In this document: piece after piece, positions 27,571 through 36,313 of the stretch
Layout of the letters: each line of letters starts with the position of its first letter
How positions within the stretch are numbered: the stretch's first letter is position 1
Origin: an uncultured Smithella sp.
Lineage (GTDB): Bacteria; Desulfobacterota; Syntrophia; Syntrophales; Smithellaceae
Reading direction: 5' to 3'
DNA length: 43,449 nucleotides
Assembly (NCBI GenBank): GCA_964445385.1
Contig: CAYULE010000001.1
Coordinates: forward strand, 1,507-44,955
Notes under the pieces: generated by a model
What the model saw: only the letters and a program-made list of their open reading frames with translations
Database searches by the model: none
What the model was told of the DNA's origin: nothing
Translations under genes and position numbers: made by a program

Positions 27571-28977
27571 ATGAATAGAAAATTATTTCTTTTACTGTTT
27601 ATCATCGTCTTCATACTGGGTGGATGCACGATGGCCCCGAAATACAGGCGTCCGGATGCGCCGGTTCCATCCCAATGGCCAACCGGCGCCGCATACAGCG
27701 AACCCGCTCTCGCGGTAACCACTCCAGTGGCAACGGGGTTAAAGTGGTGGGAGTTCATCACCGATAAGAACTTGCAAAAAACGATTGAAACAGCCTTGGA
27801 CAACAACCGTGACCTGCGGGTGGCGGTTTTGAATGTTGAAAAAGCGAAGGCGATGTACGGCATCGGGAAAGTCTCACTTTTGCCTTCGATCAATGCCGTC
27901 GGAAGCTGGTATAAAGGACGTGTTCCGGCGGATCTATCATCCAGTGGCAGCGCTATGACCTCCGAACGATATGATGCCAGTATCGGCATCACGTCCTGGG
28001 AAATAGATTTTTTCGGCCGTATCCGCAGCCTGAAAGACAAGGCCCTGGAAGAATACCTGGCCACGGATCAGGCTCGCCGCGGTGCGCAGATGATGTTGAT
28101 CTCCACAGTGGCACAAGCTTATCTGGCCGTGGCTGCCAACCGGGAATCTCTCCAGCTGGTATCAAAAACACTTACGGCGCAGGAAACCGCCTACAAACTG
28201 ATCCAGAAACAATATGATGTCGGCTTTATCTCCGAGCTGGATCTCCGTCGTTCGCAAAGCCAGGTGGATGCGGCCCGGGGTGAAGTTGCCCGTTACACAC
28301 AACTCACAGCACAATCTGAAAACGCCTTGAATCTTCTGGTCGCCTCTCCGGTCCCTCAGGAACTTCTGGCCTCGGAATTAGCAGGCGTCAGTCCACCCCG
28401 TGAAATATCTGCCGGTCTGTCCTCCGACCTGCTATTGCACCGGCCGGATGTTCTGGCGGCGGAACATCAGCTCAAAGCGGCCAATGCCAATATAGGCGCC
28501 GCCCGCGCGGCTTTTTTTCCGCGCATCATATTAACAGGCTCTGCCGGAACCGCCAGCGCCGATCTTTCCGGTCTCTTCAAGGCCGGTTCAGGGGTATGGA
28601 GTTTTACTCCGCAGATCGTTATGCCGATTTTTGACGCCCGCACCTGGTTTGCCTACGATGTAACCAAAATAGATAAAAAAATTGCTGTGGCTCAGTATGA
28701 GAAAGCCATCCAGTCGGCTTTTCGGGAGGTAGCCGACGCTCTTGCCGTGCAAGGAACCGTCAATCAACAGATCGAAGCTCAACGGTCATTGGTCAATGCT
28801 CTGGCGACAGCTTACCGGCTCTCCGATATGCGTTATAAGAAGGGAATTGACAGTTACCTCTCCGTTCTGGACGCTCAGCGCTCACTATACGGCGCCGAAC
28901 AGGGACTGATTGCTCTGCGTCTTTTTCAGCTCAATAATACTGTCTCGCTCTATAAGGCACTGGGCGGAGGCAAATGA
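27571..28977 (+). CDS. Outer membrane factor lipoprotein, NodT/OprM family
   Basis: The ORF track gives 27505..28977. I prefer ATG 27571, 1 nt after the pump stop, which gives MNRKLFLLLFIIVFILGGC (lipobox). It has OprM-like motifs (WW..F.D..L..LI..AL..N.DL..A). Confidence 0.9.
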   Translation: MNRKLFLLLFIIVFILGGCTMAPKYRRPDAPVPSQWPTGAAYSEPALAVTTPVATGLKWWEFITDKNLQKTIETALDNNRDLRVAVLNVEKAKAMYGIGKVSLLPSINAVGSWYKGRVPADLSSSGSAMTSERYDASIGITSWEIDFFGRIRSLKDKALEEYLATDQARRGAQMMLISTVAQAYLAVAANRESLQLVSKTLTAQETAYKLIQKQYDVGFISELDLRRSQSQVDAARGEVARYTQLTAQSENALNLLVASPVPQELLASELAGVSPPREISAGLSSDLLLHRPDVLAAEHQLKAANANIGAARAAFFPRIILTGSAGTASADLSGLFKAGSGVWSFTPQIVMPIFDARTWFAYDVTKIDKKIAVAQYEKAIQSAFREVADALAVQGTVNQQIEAQRSLVNALATAYRLSDMRYKKGIDSYLSVLDAQRSLYGAEQGLIALRLFQLNNTVSLYKALGGGK

Positions 28978-29023
28978 AGGAAGTCAGAAACTGAAGAAAA
29001 ATAGTGTGATATTATTGTATCAT

Positions 29024-29755
29024 TCAGGTTTGCTTTGCCGGCATCGGCTGGACCCATTTTTGGTTGTCGCCGTCATAATACCACTTATCGGAAAAGCCGC
29101 GGCGCCGGATGAATTTGGGATCATCGGCCCAGCGCAGCAGCTCTTGATAAGCCTCGTGAATTTTTCGGAAAGCGGAGGCCTGGCCGCCCGCATCGGGATG
29201 ATGGATTTTAACCTGCCGGCGGTAGGCGTTTTTGATCACTTTGCCCAACTCACGGGCCCCCAGATCAACCTTCGTCATATCCAGTAAAATTAAATTATCC
29301 GGTTTGACCGTTGGAACTTTAATGAATCGAGGACGCGTGAGCCCTTCAGATATAGCCAATCTTTCCGCCATCTCCATAACGTGCCGGGAAGCCAGATAAT
29401 TTTTTTTTGTCCGCTTTTCTTCTTCCCACCAGGCGGCGCCCAGCCGGTTGGTCATTCTGCCGAAATCTTCCGCCGGTTTACTGCCATCCGTGCGCAATGC
29501 CGCATAACGGAATATCTCGCGGATGCCATGAGGAACCACATCCAGAATAATCAGCGTATCCGTAAAATAAAAGGTGGCATAACGCGTATTCAAAGCCTGC
29601 AACAAACCGCTCCTTGTGTTGAGCTTTTGACGCAGATGTTGTCTGCATTTCACAGAGCAATAGCGACGCTTCCCGATGTTTTCCGTCGTGCCGCAGGAAA
29701 GACAGGCATACTTTTTACGGTCATAACTTGCGGATTTGCTTTTGACTAACATCAT
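29024..29755 (-). CDS. Hypothetical protein with N-terminal CxxC...CxxxC zinc-ribbon-like motif and C-terminal J domain (HPD)
   Basis: 243-aa ORF. Cys18, 21, 33 and 37 (YACLSCGTTENIGKRRYCSVKCRQ). J-domain core IKNAYRRQVKIHHPDAGGQASAFRKIHEAYQELL with HPD at aa 186-188. I recognise no motif in the central ~120 aa. Confidence 0.7.
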   Translation of the reverse strand: MMLVKSKSASYDRKKYACLSCGTTENIGKRRYCSVKCRQHLRQKLNTRSGLLQALNTRYATFYFTDTLIILDVVPHGIREIFRYAALRTDGSKPAEDFGRMTNRLGAAWWEEEKRTKKNYLASRHVMEMAERLAISEGLTRPRFIKVPTVKPDNLILLDMTKVDLGARELGKVIKNAYRRQVKIHHPDAGGQASAFRKIHEAYQELLRWADDPKFIRRRGFSDKWYYDGDNQKWVQPMPAKQT

Positions 29756-29761
29756 ATAATG

Positions 29762-29802
29762 AAAATAGCCGGTTCATGTTCTCTTATTGAATCGGCTATT
29801 TT
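29762..29802. terminator. Hairpin with A/T-tract arms between cam and the J-domain gene (probable terminator)
   Basis: AAAATAGCCG (29762-29771) pairs with CGGCTATTTT (29793-29802): a 10-bp stem with a 21-nt loop. It lies 19 nt downstream of the cam stop on the minus strand. More T residues follow on the plus strand. Confidence 0.5.
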
Positions 29803-29820
29803 TTCTATCCTTTAACTTAA

Positions 29821-30435
29821 TTATTTTGCGGCAGCCAGGTATCCTTTGGCCAGCGCTTTGTTCACATGCAGCACACCTTTATTCATATCCTTGAGGGGAT
29901 AGTCGGCGGTGATGACGGGCAGCGCATCCGCTTCGGCCTGGGTTTTAACAACCGACCCTACCGGCACATAGCGACCATCCGCCACTTTGACACCCATCAG
30001 AATAACGCCCGGCTCAATAACGCAATTCTTCCCGACAGAAGATTTGAAGACCAGGACTTTCATCCCGACAAACGTATCATCCATAACAACAGCGGGCCCG
30101 TGAATCTGCACCTGATGAGCAAGTGACACCCGGTTCCCCACATAGACCGCGTATTTTTTACCATTAACATCCATTTGATTTTTTTCCACCGGTTTGCCGT
30201 CCAGCTCCGTCTCCAGCGCGTGAATGACCACACCATCCTGCACGTTGGTGTCATCCCCCACATAAAGCGGCTGACCCTCGTCGCCACGCACACACGCTGT
30301 CGGCGCGACCATGACATTATTTCCCAAAATGACATTGCCGATTACCGCCGCCAGCGGGTGAACAAAGGTGCCTGCTCCGATCACCGGCTCTGAAATCTTA
30401 GCGCTGAAATCTGTTTTAACGTTTTTCTCAATCAT
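29821..30435 (-). CDS. cam: Gamma-class carbonic anhydrase, Cam type (left-handed beta-helix)
   Basis: 204-aa ORF. It closely resembles Methanosarcina thermophila Cam as I recall it (RGDEGQPLYVGDDTNVQDGVVIHALETELDG...YAVYVGNRVSLAHQVQIHGPA...DDTFVGM...VFKS.VG.NCV.EP). The three metal-ligand His are present (H72, H107, H112). No signal peptide. GGAGGT RBS. Confidence 0.85.
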   Translation of the reverse strand: MIEKNVKTDFSAKISEPVIGAGTFVHPLAAVIGNVILGNNVMVAPTACVRGDEGQPLYVGDDTNVQDGVVIHALETELDGKPVEKNQMDVNGKKYAVYVGNRVSLAHQVQIHGPAVVMDDTFVGMKVLVFKSSVGKNCVIEPGVILMGVKVADGRYVPVGSVVKTQAEADALPVITADYPLKDMNKGVLHVNKALAKGYLAAAK

Positions 30436-30494
30436 CTGATTACCTCCGATCTTTATGATGTCCTGTGAGGGTTTAATTTCAAGATTTGAACCCT

Positions 30495-31121
30495 TCAGTT
30501 TCTCTTATTTTTTTCCTTTTCCTGCAAACTTCGCCACACGTCTGCTACTTTCTTTTCTGTCTCATGAATCGAACCTTCATTATCAATTACAATATCCGCC
30601 AGCTGGACTTTATCCCGGATAGGCATCTGGCATGATAATCGAAGCTCGGCATCCTCGCGACAAACAGCATTACGCGCCATCAGACGGTCGATTTGCTCTT
30701 CAGGATCAATCCTCACCAGAACCGTCAGATCAAACAGGTGCTGCATCCCGCCTTCAAATAACAGAGGCACATCCGAAATAATGATCGCGTGTGGTTTCTT
30801 TATTTTAATGGCGTCCAAACGGGCACACCACTCTTCAAACACCCTCGGATGAACGATGGTATTGAGTCTGCGGAGCTTTTCGGGATTGTTAAATACAATC
30901 GCCGCCATCTTGTTACGGTCAATATTTTGATCCGGTTGCAAAATACCCGAACCAAAGCAGTTGACAATATCCTCCCAGGCAGGCTTTCGGGGCTCCTGGA
31001 CTTCATGTGCCAGTTTATCAAAATCAATCAGATGACCGCCCAGACGCATAAACATTTGCGCGACGGTTGATTTTCCGCAGGCGATACCGCCCGTTAAGCC
31101 AACATTTAACATGTTTTGCAA
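30495..31121 (-). CDS. coaE: Dephospho-CoA kinase
   Basis: 208-aa ORF with the P-loop [13 protein letters not shown] at the N-terminus. The start could instead be the Met three codons downstream (31112). It overlaps the coaX 3-prime end. Confidence 0.9.
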   Translation of the reverse strand: MQNMLNVGLTGGIACGKSTVAQMFMRLGGHLIDFDKLAHEVQEPRKPAWEDIVNCFGSGILQPDQNIDRNKMAAIVFNNPEKLRRLNTIVHPRVFEEWCARLDAIKIKKPHAIIISDVPLLFEGGMQHLFDLTVLVRIDPEEQIDRLMARNAVCREDAELRLSCQMPIRDKVQLADIVIDNEGSIHETEKKVADVWRSLQEKEKNKRN

Positions 31122-31888
31122 TTAAGCTGGTAGATGAGATGCAAACCTTCCAACGTCAGCATCTCTTCTATTTTATCAATACACTTTGCTTCCTGCGCCA
31201 CGATTCGCGCCAGGCCTCCCGTGGCAATCACCATCGGTTTGGTTTTCACCTCGGCTTTCATGCGTTCGACAATGCCGTCCACCAAGCCCGCATAACCATA
31301 CATAATGCCCGCCTGCATGGCACTGACCGTATCTTTCGTAATAATGGTTTTTGGTTTACTGAATTCGACACGCGGTAATTTAGACGCGCGTTCAAAAAGC
31401 GCCTCACTGGAAATCACAATGCCCGGAGCAATGCAGCCCCCCATGTATTCGCCCTTTGGCGAAACATAATCAAAAGTAGTTGCCGTACCGAAATCCACAA
31501 TAATCGATTCTTTACGATATTTATCGTAGGCAGCCACCGCATTAACGATCCGGTCAGCACCCACTTCCTTGGGATTATCGTAAAAAATCGGCATCCCCGT
31601 TTTGATTCCGGGCCCTACAATCATCGGTTTGATGTTAAAATACTTGATGCAGAGAGGTTCCAGAATATTGAGCATCGGTGGAACGACACATGAAATAATA
31701 ATGTCGGTGACGGATTTGATCTCTTTTGCTTTCATCCGGCTGGATTGATATAAATTATAAATAAGCACACCATATTCATCAATGGTATGATCAATTTCCG
31801 TTCGGATCCGCCAATCGTGGATTAATTGTGCTTCATCATAAAGCCCCAACACGGTATTGGTATTCCCTACATCAATGACTAAAAGCAT
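31106..31888 (-). CDS. coaX: Type III pantothenate kinase
   Basis: 260-aa ORF. The N-terminus [17 protein letters not shown] and GADR..N motifs are characteristic of CoaX/Baf. Confidence 0.92.
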   Translation of the reverse strand: MLLVIDVGNTNTVLGLYDEAQLIHDWRIRTEIDHTIDEYGVLIYNLYQSSRMKAKEIKSVTDIIISCVVPPMLNILEPLCIKYFNIKPMIVGPGIKTGMPIFYDNPKEVGADRIVNAVAAYDKYRKESIIVDFGTATTFDYVSPKGEYMGGCIAPGIVISSEALFERASKLPRVEFSKPKTIITKDTVSAMQAGIMYGYAGLVDGIVERMKAEVKTKPMVIATGGLARIVAQEAKCIDKIEEMLTLEGLHLIYQLNCKTC

Positions 31889-31894
31889 AAATGT

Positions 31895-32686
31895 TCACCT
31901 CTTTAAGATTGTCGCGTCTCCCGCTGAAATATTCACCTTTTTATTTTCCGCTGTCAGGAGGATCAGCGAACCGTCATCATCCAATCCCACAGCCATACCA
32001 CTCACCACTTCTTCCCGAAACACAACGGAAACAGGCTTGTCCATCATCGAAGACAGACTCAGCCATTTTTCTTTAACGGGGATAAACCCGTTTCGAGACA
32101 GCTCTCTATACCATTTTGCCATATTTTCATACAGGCTAATTATCAATTCCAAACGCGATATTTCACGGCCTGTTTCAATGGCCAGAGATGTCGCAATTTC
32201 CTGAATATCCTGCGGAAATTCTTGATAATTCAAATTAACGTTAATGCCGATACCCACAACAACAAAGTCAACGGCGTTTCCCGATACCTTCATCTGCGCC
32301 AGAATGCCGCAAACCTTCTTTGTGCCGATCAAAACATCATTGGGCCATTTGAGCCACACTTTGCCCGGACAGTAAATGTTGAGCGTTTCCGCCACAGCGA
32401 CGCCGGCAGCGATCGAAATCTGCGGTGCCCGGGACGGTTCAAAGTTTGGACGCAAGATAATGGACGTATAAATATTGGCGCCGGCCGGTGAATGCCAGAC
32501 CCGCTGCATGCGCCCCTTGCCCGCACTCTGGCTTTGTGCAATCAACACAGTCCCTTCCGGCGCGCCTGCCACACCCAGGCGAAAAGCCTCATCATTCGTC
32601 GAACCGATTTCTTCGTAATAATGAAGTTGATGGCCGATGGATTTACCGGCAAGATTCTGCCTTAAGGATTCTTGATTAAAGTTCAT
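31895..32686 (-). CDS. birA: Biotin--[acetyl-CoA-carboxylase] ligase (no N-terminal HTH domain)
   Basis: 263-aa ORF with the GKGRMQRVWHSP motif (GRGRxGRxW type). It starts at the catalytic domain. No obvious Shine-Dalgarno lies upstream of the ATG. Confidence 0.88.
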   Translation of the reverse strand: MNFNQESLRQNLAGKSIGHQLHYYEEIGSTNDEAFRLGVAGAPEGTVLIAQSQSAGKGRMQRVWHSPAGANIYTSIILRPNFEPSRAPQISIAAGVAVAETLNIYCPGKVWLKWPNDVLIGTKKVCGILAQMKVSGNAVDFVVVGIGINVNLNYQEFPQDIQEIATSLAIETGREISRLELIISLYENMAKWYRELSRNGFIPVKEKWLSLSSMMDKPVSVVFREEVVSGMAVGLDDDGSLILLTAENKKVNISAGDATILKR

Positions 32687-32767
32687 AACGTTTTGTAGGT
32701 CGGAACAACTGGATTCCGAGTCGCGCTTCGCTTGCCCGGAATGACATTACAATAAATTGCGACATAG

Positions 32768-33622
32768 TTAACCTTGAACCTTGAACCTTGAACCTTGAAC
32801 TTTAAGTGATATATCGGCGGCTCGAACGGAATGGGTGAGTTCGCCTATAGAAATCAGGTCAACACCGGTGGCGGCGATTTCGGTAACTCTTGTCAGATTA
32901 ACATTGCCGGAAGCCTCGGTAAGGGCTCTACCGGTAATGAAATCGACAGCTTTCTTCATGGTTTCATTATTCATATTGTCCAACATAATGATGTCCACGC
33001 CACAGGCGAGAGCTTCTTTGACTTCTTTTAGATTTTTCGTTTCCACTTCGATCTTCAAGGTGTGAGGCAATCGTTTTCTTTGCGCTTTCACGGCGGCCGT
33101 GATGCTGCCGGCAGCTTCAATATGATTATCTTTGATCAGGACACCATCATACAGACCGGTGCGATGGTTCTGACCGCCACCGATGCGTACCGCCATCTTG
33201 TCCAGAATACGCAAACCAGGTACGGTTTTACGCGTATCAAGAATTTTTGCTTTGGTACCGCGCACGGCTTCCACATACTTTTCGGTCAGCGTCGCAATTC
33301 CGCACATACGCTGAAAAAGATTCAGCGCGACGCGCTCCGCTTGTAAGATATTGGACAGATTTCCCGCGACTTCGGCAATGACAGCGCCTTTCCTGGCCCG
33401 TTGACCATCGGCGATCATTTTTTTAACTTTGATGTCTTTATCCAGACATTTAAATACTTCCTCAAAAACATCCAGCCCGGCGATAATGAAATCGTCCTTG
33501 GCAATCGCCTGGGCTCTGCCCTTCTTTTTCGGGCTGATGGTGGCCTGCGTAGTGATATCGCCTGTACCGATATCTTCGGCCAGCGCGGCTTCAATGATGT
33601 TTTTAATTTGTAGAGAAACCAT
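32768..33622 (-). CDS. nadC: Nicotinate-nucleotide pyrophosphorylase (carboxylating), with repeat-encoded C-terminal tail
   Basis: 284-aa ORF with typical NadC motifs (DIGTGDITT, ILDTRKT.PGLR, DGVLIKDNH, IMLDNM). The ATG abuts the valS stop (TAGATG). The last residues, KVQGSRFKVQG, are encoded by the heptamer array. Confidence 0.92.
   Translation of the reverse strand: MVSLQIKNIIEAALAEDIGTGDITTQATISPKKKGRAQAIAKDDFIIAGLDVFEEVFKCLDKDIKVKKMIADGQRARKGAVIAEVAGNLSNILQAERVALNLFQRMCGIATLTEKYVEAVRGTKAKILDTRKTVPGLRILDKMAVRIGGGQNHRTGLYDGVLIKDNHIEAAGSITAAVKAQRKRLPHTLKIEVETKNLKEVKEALACGVDIIMLDNMNNETMKKAVDFITGRALTEASGNVNLTRVTEIAATGVDLISIGELTHSVRAADISLKVQGSRFKVQG
32770..32804. repeat. Heptanucleotide tandem repeat (AACCTTG)x4 plus a degenerate fifth unit
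   Basis: Perfect AACCTTG units at 32770-32776, 32777-32783, 32784-32790 and 32791-32797, then AACTTTA at 32798-32804. The array overlaps the last ~11 codons and the stop of nadC. Confidence 0.9.
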
Positions 33623-36286
33623 CTATTGTCCTGTAGCAATATCTTTCAGTTTTTTCAGAGCACCCTCCAGGGCGGTATATTTTTCCTGGAAATCTTTTAA
33701 TTTATCTTCTTCCTTCTGAATAATTTCCGGAGCGGCTTTAGCGCGGAAGTCACGATTGGCAAGCTTCCGGGAACTCTGCTCCAGATCTTTGGATACTTTC
33801 GCCAGTTCCTTGTCCAGCCGTGCTTTCTCGCCGGCGATATCCACAATGCCGGCCAGCGGTACAAATATTTTTATCGGACCGACAACACCGGTGGCCACTC
33901 CCTTGGGCTCAACCAGATTCACTTCCACCGCCAGGGACTCGAGATTAGACAGATTTAAAATGTAACCACGGCCTGTTTCAATTGTTTTTTGACTTTGCTC
34001 ATCTACAACGGAAATCAAAACTTTTAATTTGTGCGAAGGCGGAATACGCATTTCACCGCGGATATTACGGATGGAGGTGATGATCTCCATCAGCATCTCC
34101 ATTTCTTTTTGAGCCGCCGGCTCATTCCATGTCTCCAAAACAACGGGAAATTTGCTGACCATGATGGAATTTTCATCACTGCCATGCAGCGTCTGCCAGA
34201 GCTCTTCCGTAACAAACGGCATGAACGGATGGAGAAGTTGCAACATGGTGCCGAATACTTCTTTCATCGTCCGCTGGGTGACCTGTTTTTGTTCGGGACT
34301 GATCTTGCCATAGAAAGCGGGTTTACTGATTTCGAGGTACCAGTCACAGTATTCATGCCAGATGAAATTATAAATGGCGGCGGTAGCATCGTTGAAACGG
34401 TATTCATCGAGGCCTCTTGTCACATCGGCAATGGCTTCGTTTAATTTCGCTTTGATCCATTTTTCCGGCAGGGAATCCGTCGCGGCACAAGGCGCGGATT
34501 CATCGAAATCTGCCAGATTGTTAAGCGTCAGTTTCGCCGCGTTCCAGATTTTGTTGACAAAGAATTTATAACCTTCAATGCGCTCAGGCGACATGCGCAC
34601 GTCGCGTCCCTGCGCCGTGTAAGCCGCCAGCGTGAAGCGAAATGCGTCCGTTCCATACTGGTCGATCATCACGAGCGGGTCAATGCTGTTGCCCTTTGAC
34701 TTGCTCATCTTCTCGCCTTTTTCGTCGCGGACCAGCGCATGGAGATAAACATCTTTAAAGGGGACATCCTTCATCACGTAAATGCCCATCATCATCATCC
34801 GGGCCACCCAGAAAAACAGAATATCGAATCCGGTAATGAGCAGCGATGTCGGATAGAAGGTCTTGAGCGCGTCGGTTCTCTTGGGCCAGCCTAAGGTGGA
34901 AAAAGGCCAGAGAGAAGAACTGAACCATGTATCGAGGACGTCCTCGTCCTGCCGAAGTTTCGTGCCTTTGCAATCCGGACAGGCGTCGGGATCCACCGTG
35001 GCCACAATGACTTTTCCGCAATCGCCGCAATACCACACGGGAATGCGGTGTCCCCACCACAACTGGCGCGAGATGCACCAGTCACGAATGTTGTTCATCC
35101 AGTCAAAATACGTCGCCTCCCAGGAAGCGGGAACAATCTTTGTCTTTTTCTTGGTGACGGCGGCAATGGCCTGCTTGGCCAGCGGTTTGATTTTGACAAA
35201 CCACTGTTTGGAAACCATCGGTTCAATATCCGTTTTGCAGCGGTAACACTGACCGACATTGTGCGCGTAAGGTTCGGTTCCGACCATATAACCGCCTTTT
35301 TCCAGATCGGCAACCACATTCCGGCGAGCCTCGTAGCGATCCTGTCCTTTATAATTTCCGCCATATTTATTAATGATCCCCTGTCCGTCCATGATCGAAA
35401 TGATTTCCAGATGATGACGCTGGGCCATGGCAAAATCGTTGGGATCAGAACCGGGGGTGATCTTCACCGCGCCGGAGCCGAAATCCATCGTGACGTAGTC
35501 GTCGGCGATGATCGGAATTTGTTTGTTCATCAGCGGCAAAATGACAAATTTGCCTACTTTATCTTTATAGCGGGGATCGGCGGGATGGACCGCCACGGCG
35601 GTATCCCCCAGCATCGTCTCCGGCCGGGTCGTGGCAACCACAATTTCTCCACTGCCGTCGGCCATCGGATAACGAATATTCCACAGGAAGCTTTGATCCT
35701 GCTTGAATTCCACTTCCAGATCGGAAATTGCGGTATGACAGCGAGGACACCAGTTGACAATATAGTCGCCCTGGTAAATCATATCTTCTTTATAAAGCCG
35801 TACAAAAACCTCCCTGACGGCCTGGGAAAGACCTTCATCCATGGTAAATCGTTCCCGCTCCCAGTCACAGGAACATCCCAGGCGTTTCAATTGATTGATA
35901 ATCACGCCGCCGTATTTTTCCTTCCATTCCCAGACGCGCTCGATAAATTTCTCGCGTCCCAGATCATGACGGGATAATCCTTCTTTTGTTAATTGCTGTT
36001 CCACCACATTTTGTGTGGCAATCCCCGCATGATCCATGCCCGGCATCCACAAGGTGTTATAACCCTGCATTCTTTTGAAACGAATGATGACATCCTGCAG
36101 GGTGTTATTGAGCGCATGCCCCATGTGCAGCATCCCGGTGACATTCGGTGGCGGGATGACAATGGAAAAAGCCGGCGCCTCACTTTTATCCTGCGCGTGA
36201 AAATACTTATTTTTTATCCAGTAATTGTATAATCTTTCTTCGGCCTCGGCCGGTTCAAACGCTTTGCCTAATTCTTTTGTTGCCAT
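33623..36286 (-). CDS. valS: Valine--tRNA ligase
   Basis: 887-aa ORF with a HIGH motif (PPPNVTGMLHMGHAL), KMSKS (EKMSKSKGN) and a C-terminal coiled coil. Confidence 0.95.
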   Translation of the reverse strand: MATKELGKAFEPAEAEERLYNYWIKNKYFHAQDKSEAPAFSIVIPPPNVTGMLHMGHALNNTLQDVIIRFKRMQGYNTLWMPGMDHAGIATQNVVEQQLTKEGLSRHDLGREKFIERVWEWKEKYGGVIINQLKRLGCSCDWERERFTMDEGLSQAVREVFVRLYKEDMIYQGDYIVNWCPRCHTAISDLEVEFKQDQSFLWNIRYPMADGSGEIVVATTRPETMLGDTAVAVHPADPRYKDKVGKFVILPLMNKQIPIIADDYVTMDFGSGAVKITPGSDPNDFAMAQRHHLEIISIMDGQGIINKYGGNYKGQDRYEARRNVVADLEKGGYMVGTEPYAHNVGQCYRCKTDIEPMVSKQWFVKIKPLAKQAIAAVTKKKTKIVPASWEATYFDWMNNIRDWCISRQLWWGHRIPVWYCGDCGKVIVATVDPDACPDCKGTKLRQDEDVLDTWFSSSLWPFSTLGWPKRTDALKTFYPTSLLITGFDILFFWVARMMMMGIYVMKDVPFKDVYLHALVRDEKGEKMSKSKGNSIDPLVMIDQYGTDAFRFTLAAYTAQGRDVRMSPERIEGYKFFVNKIWNAAKLTLNNLADFDESAPCAATDSLPEKWIKAKLNEAIADVTRGLDEYRFNDATAAIYNFIWHEYCDWYLEISKPAFYGKISPEQKQVTQRTMKEVFGTMLQLLHPFMPFVTEELWQTLHGSDENSIMVSKFPVVLETWNEPAAQKEMEMLMEIITSIRNIRGEMRIPPSHKLKVLISVVDEQSQKTIETGRGYILNLSNLESLAVEVNLVEPKGVATGVVGPIKIFVPLAGIVDIAGEKARLDKELAKVSKDLEQSSRKLANRDFRAKAAPEIIQKEEDKLKDFQEKYTALEGALKKLKDIATGQ

Positions 36287-36313
36287 GAAATATTATTCCC
36301 CCATCTATTATAC

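Noticed and set aside
24402-28171. Many antisense or alternative-frame ORFs of 60-170 aa inside the AcrB-like and OprM-like genes.
   Set aside because: These are typical shadow ORFs of GC-rich coding DNA. Their products are Arg/Gly/Pro-rich and have no start context.
32696-32752. REP/BIME-like imperfect palindrome (ATTCCG-18 nt-CGGAAT, with GTAGGTCGGAAC nearby) in the nadC-birA spacer.
   Set aside because: The stem is only 6 bp, and I found no second copy in the window. That is insufficient to call a repeat family; it is mentioned under the nadC array finding.
32770-32804. Considered whether the tandem repeat could be a CRISPR or minisatellite array.
   Set aside because: The units are only 7 nt and directly abutting, with no spacers. 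It is reported as a heptanucleotide microsatellite instead.
35048-35977. 309-aa plus-strand ORF antisense to valS. The same applies to the 292-aa ORF 41052-41930 antisense to ileS and the 206-aa ORF 8699-9319 antisense to atpI/atpB.
   Set aside because: All lie fully inside well-supported conserved genes on the other strand and carry no motifs. Long antisense frames are common in synthetase genes.
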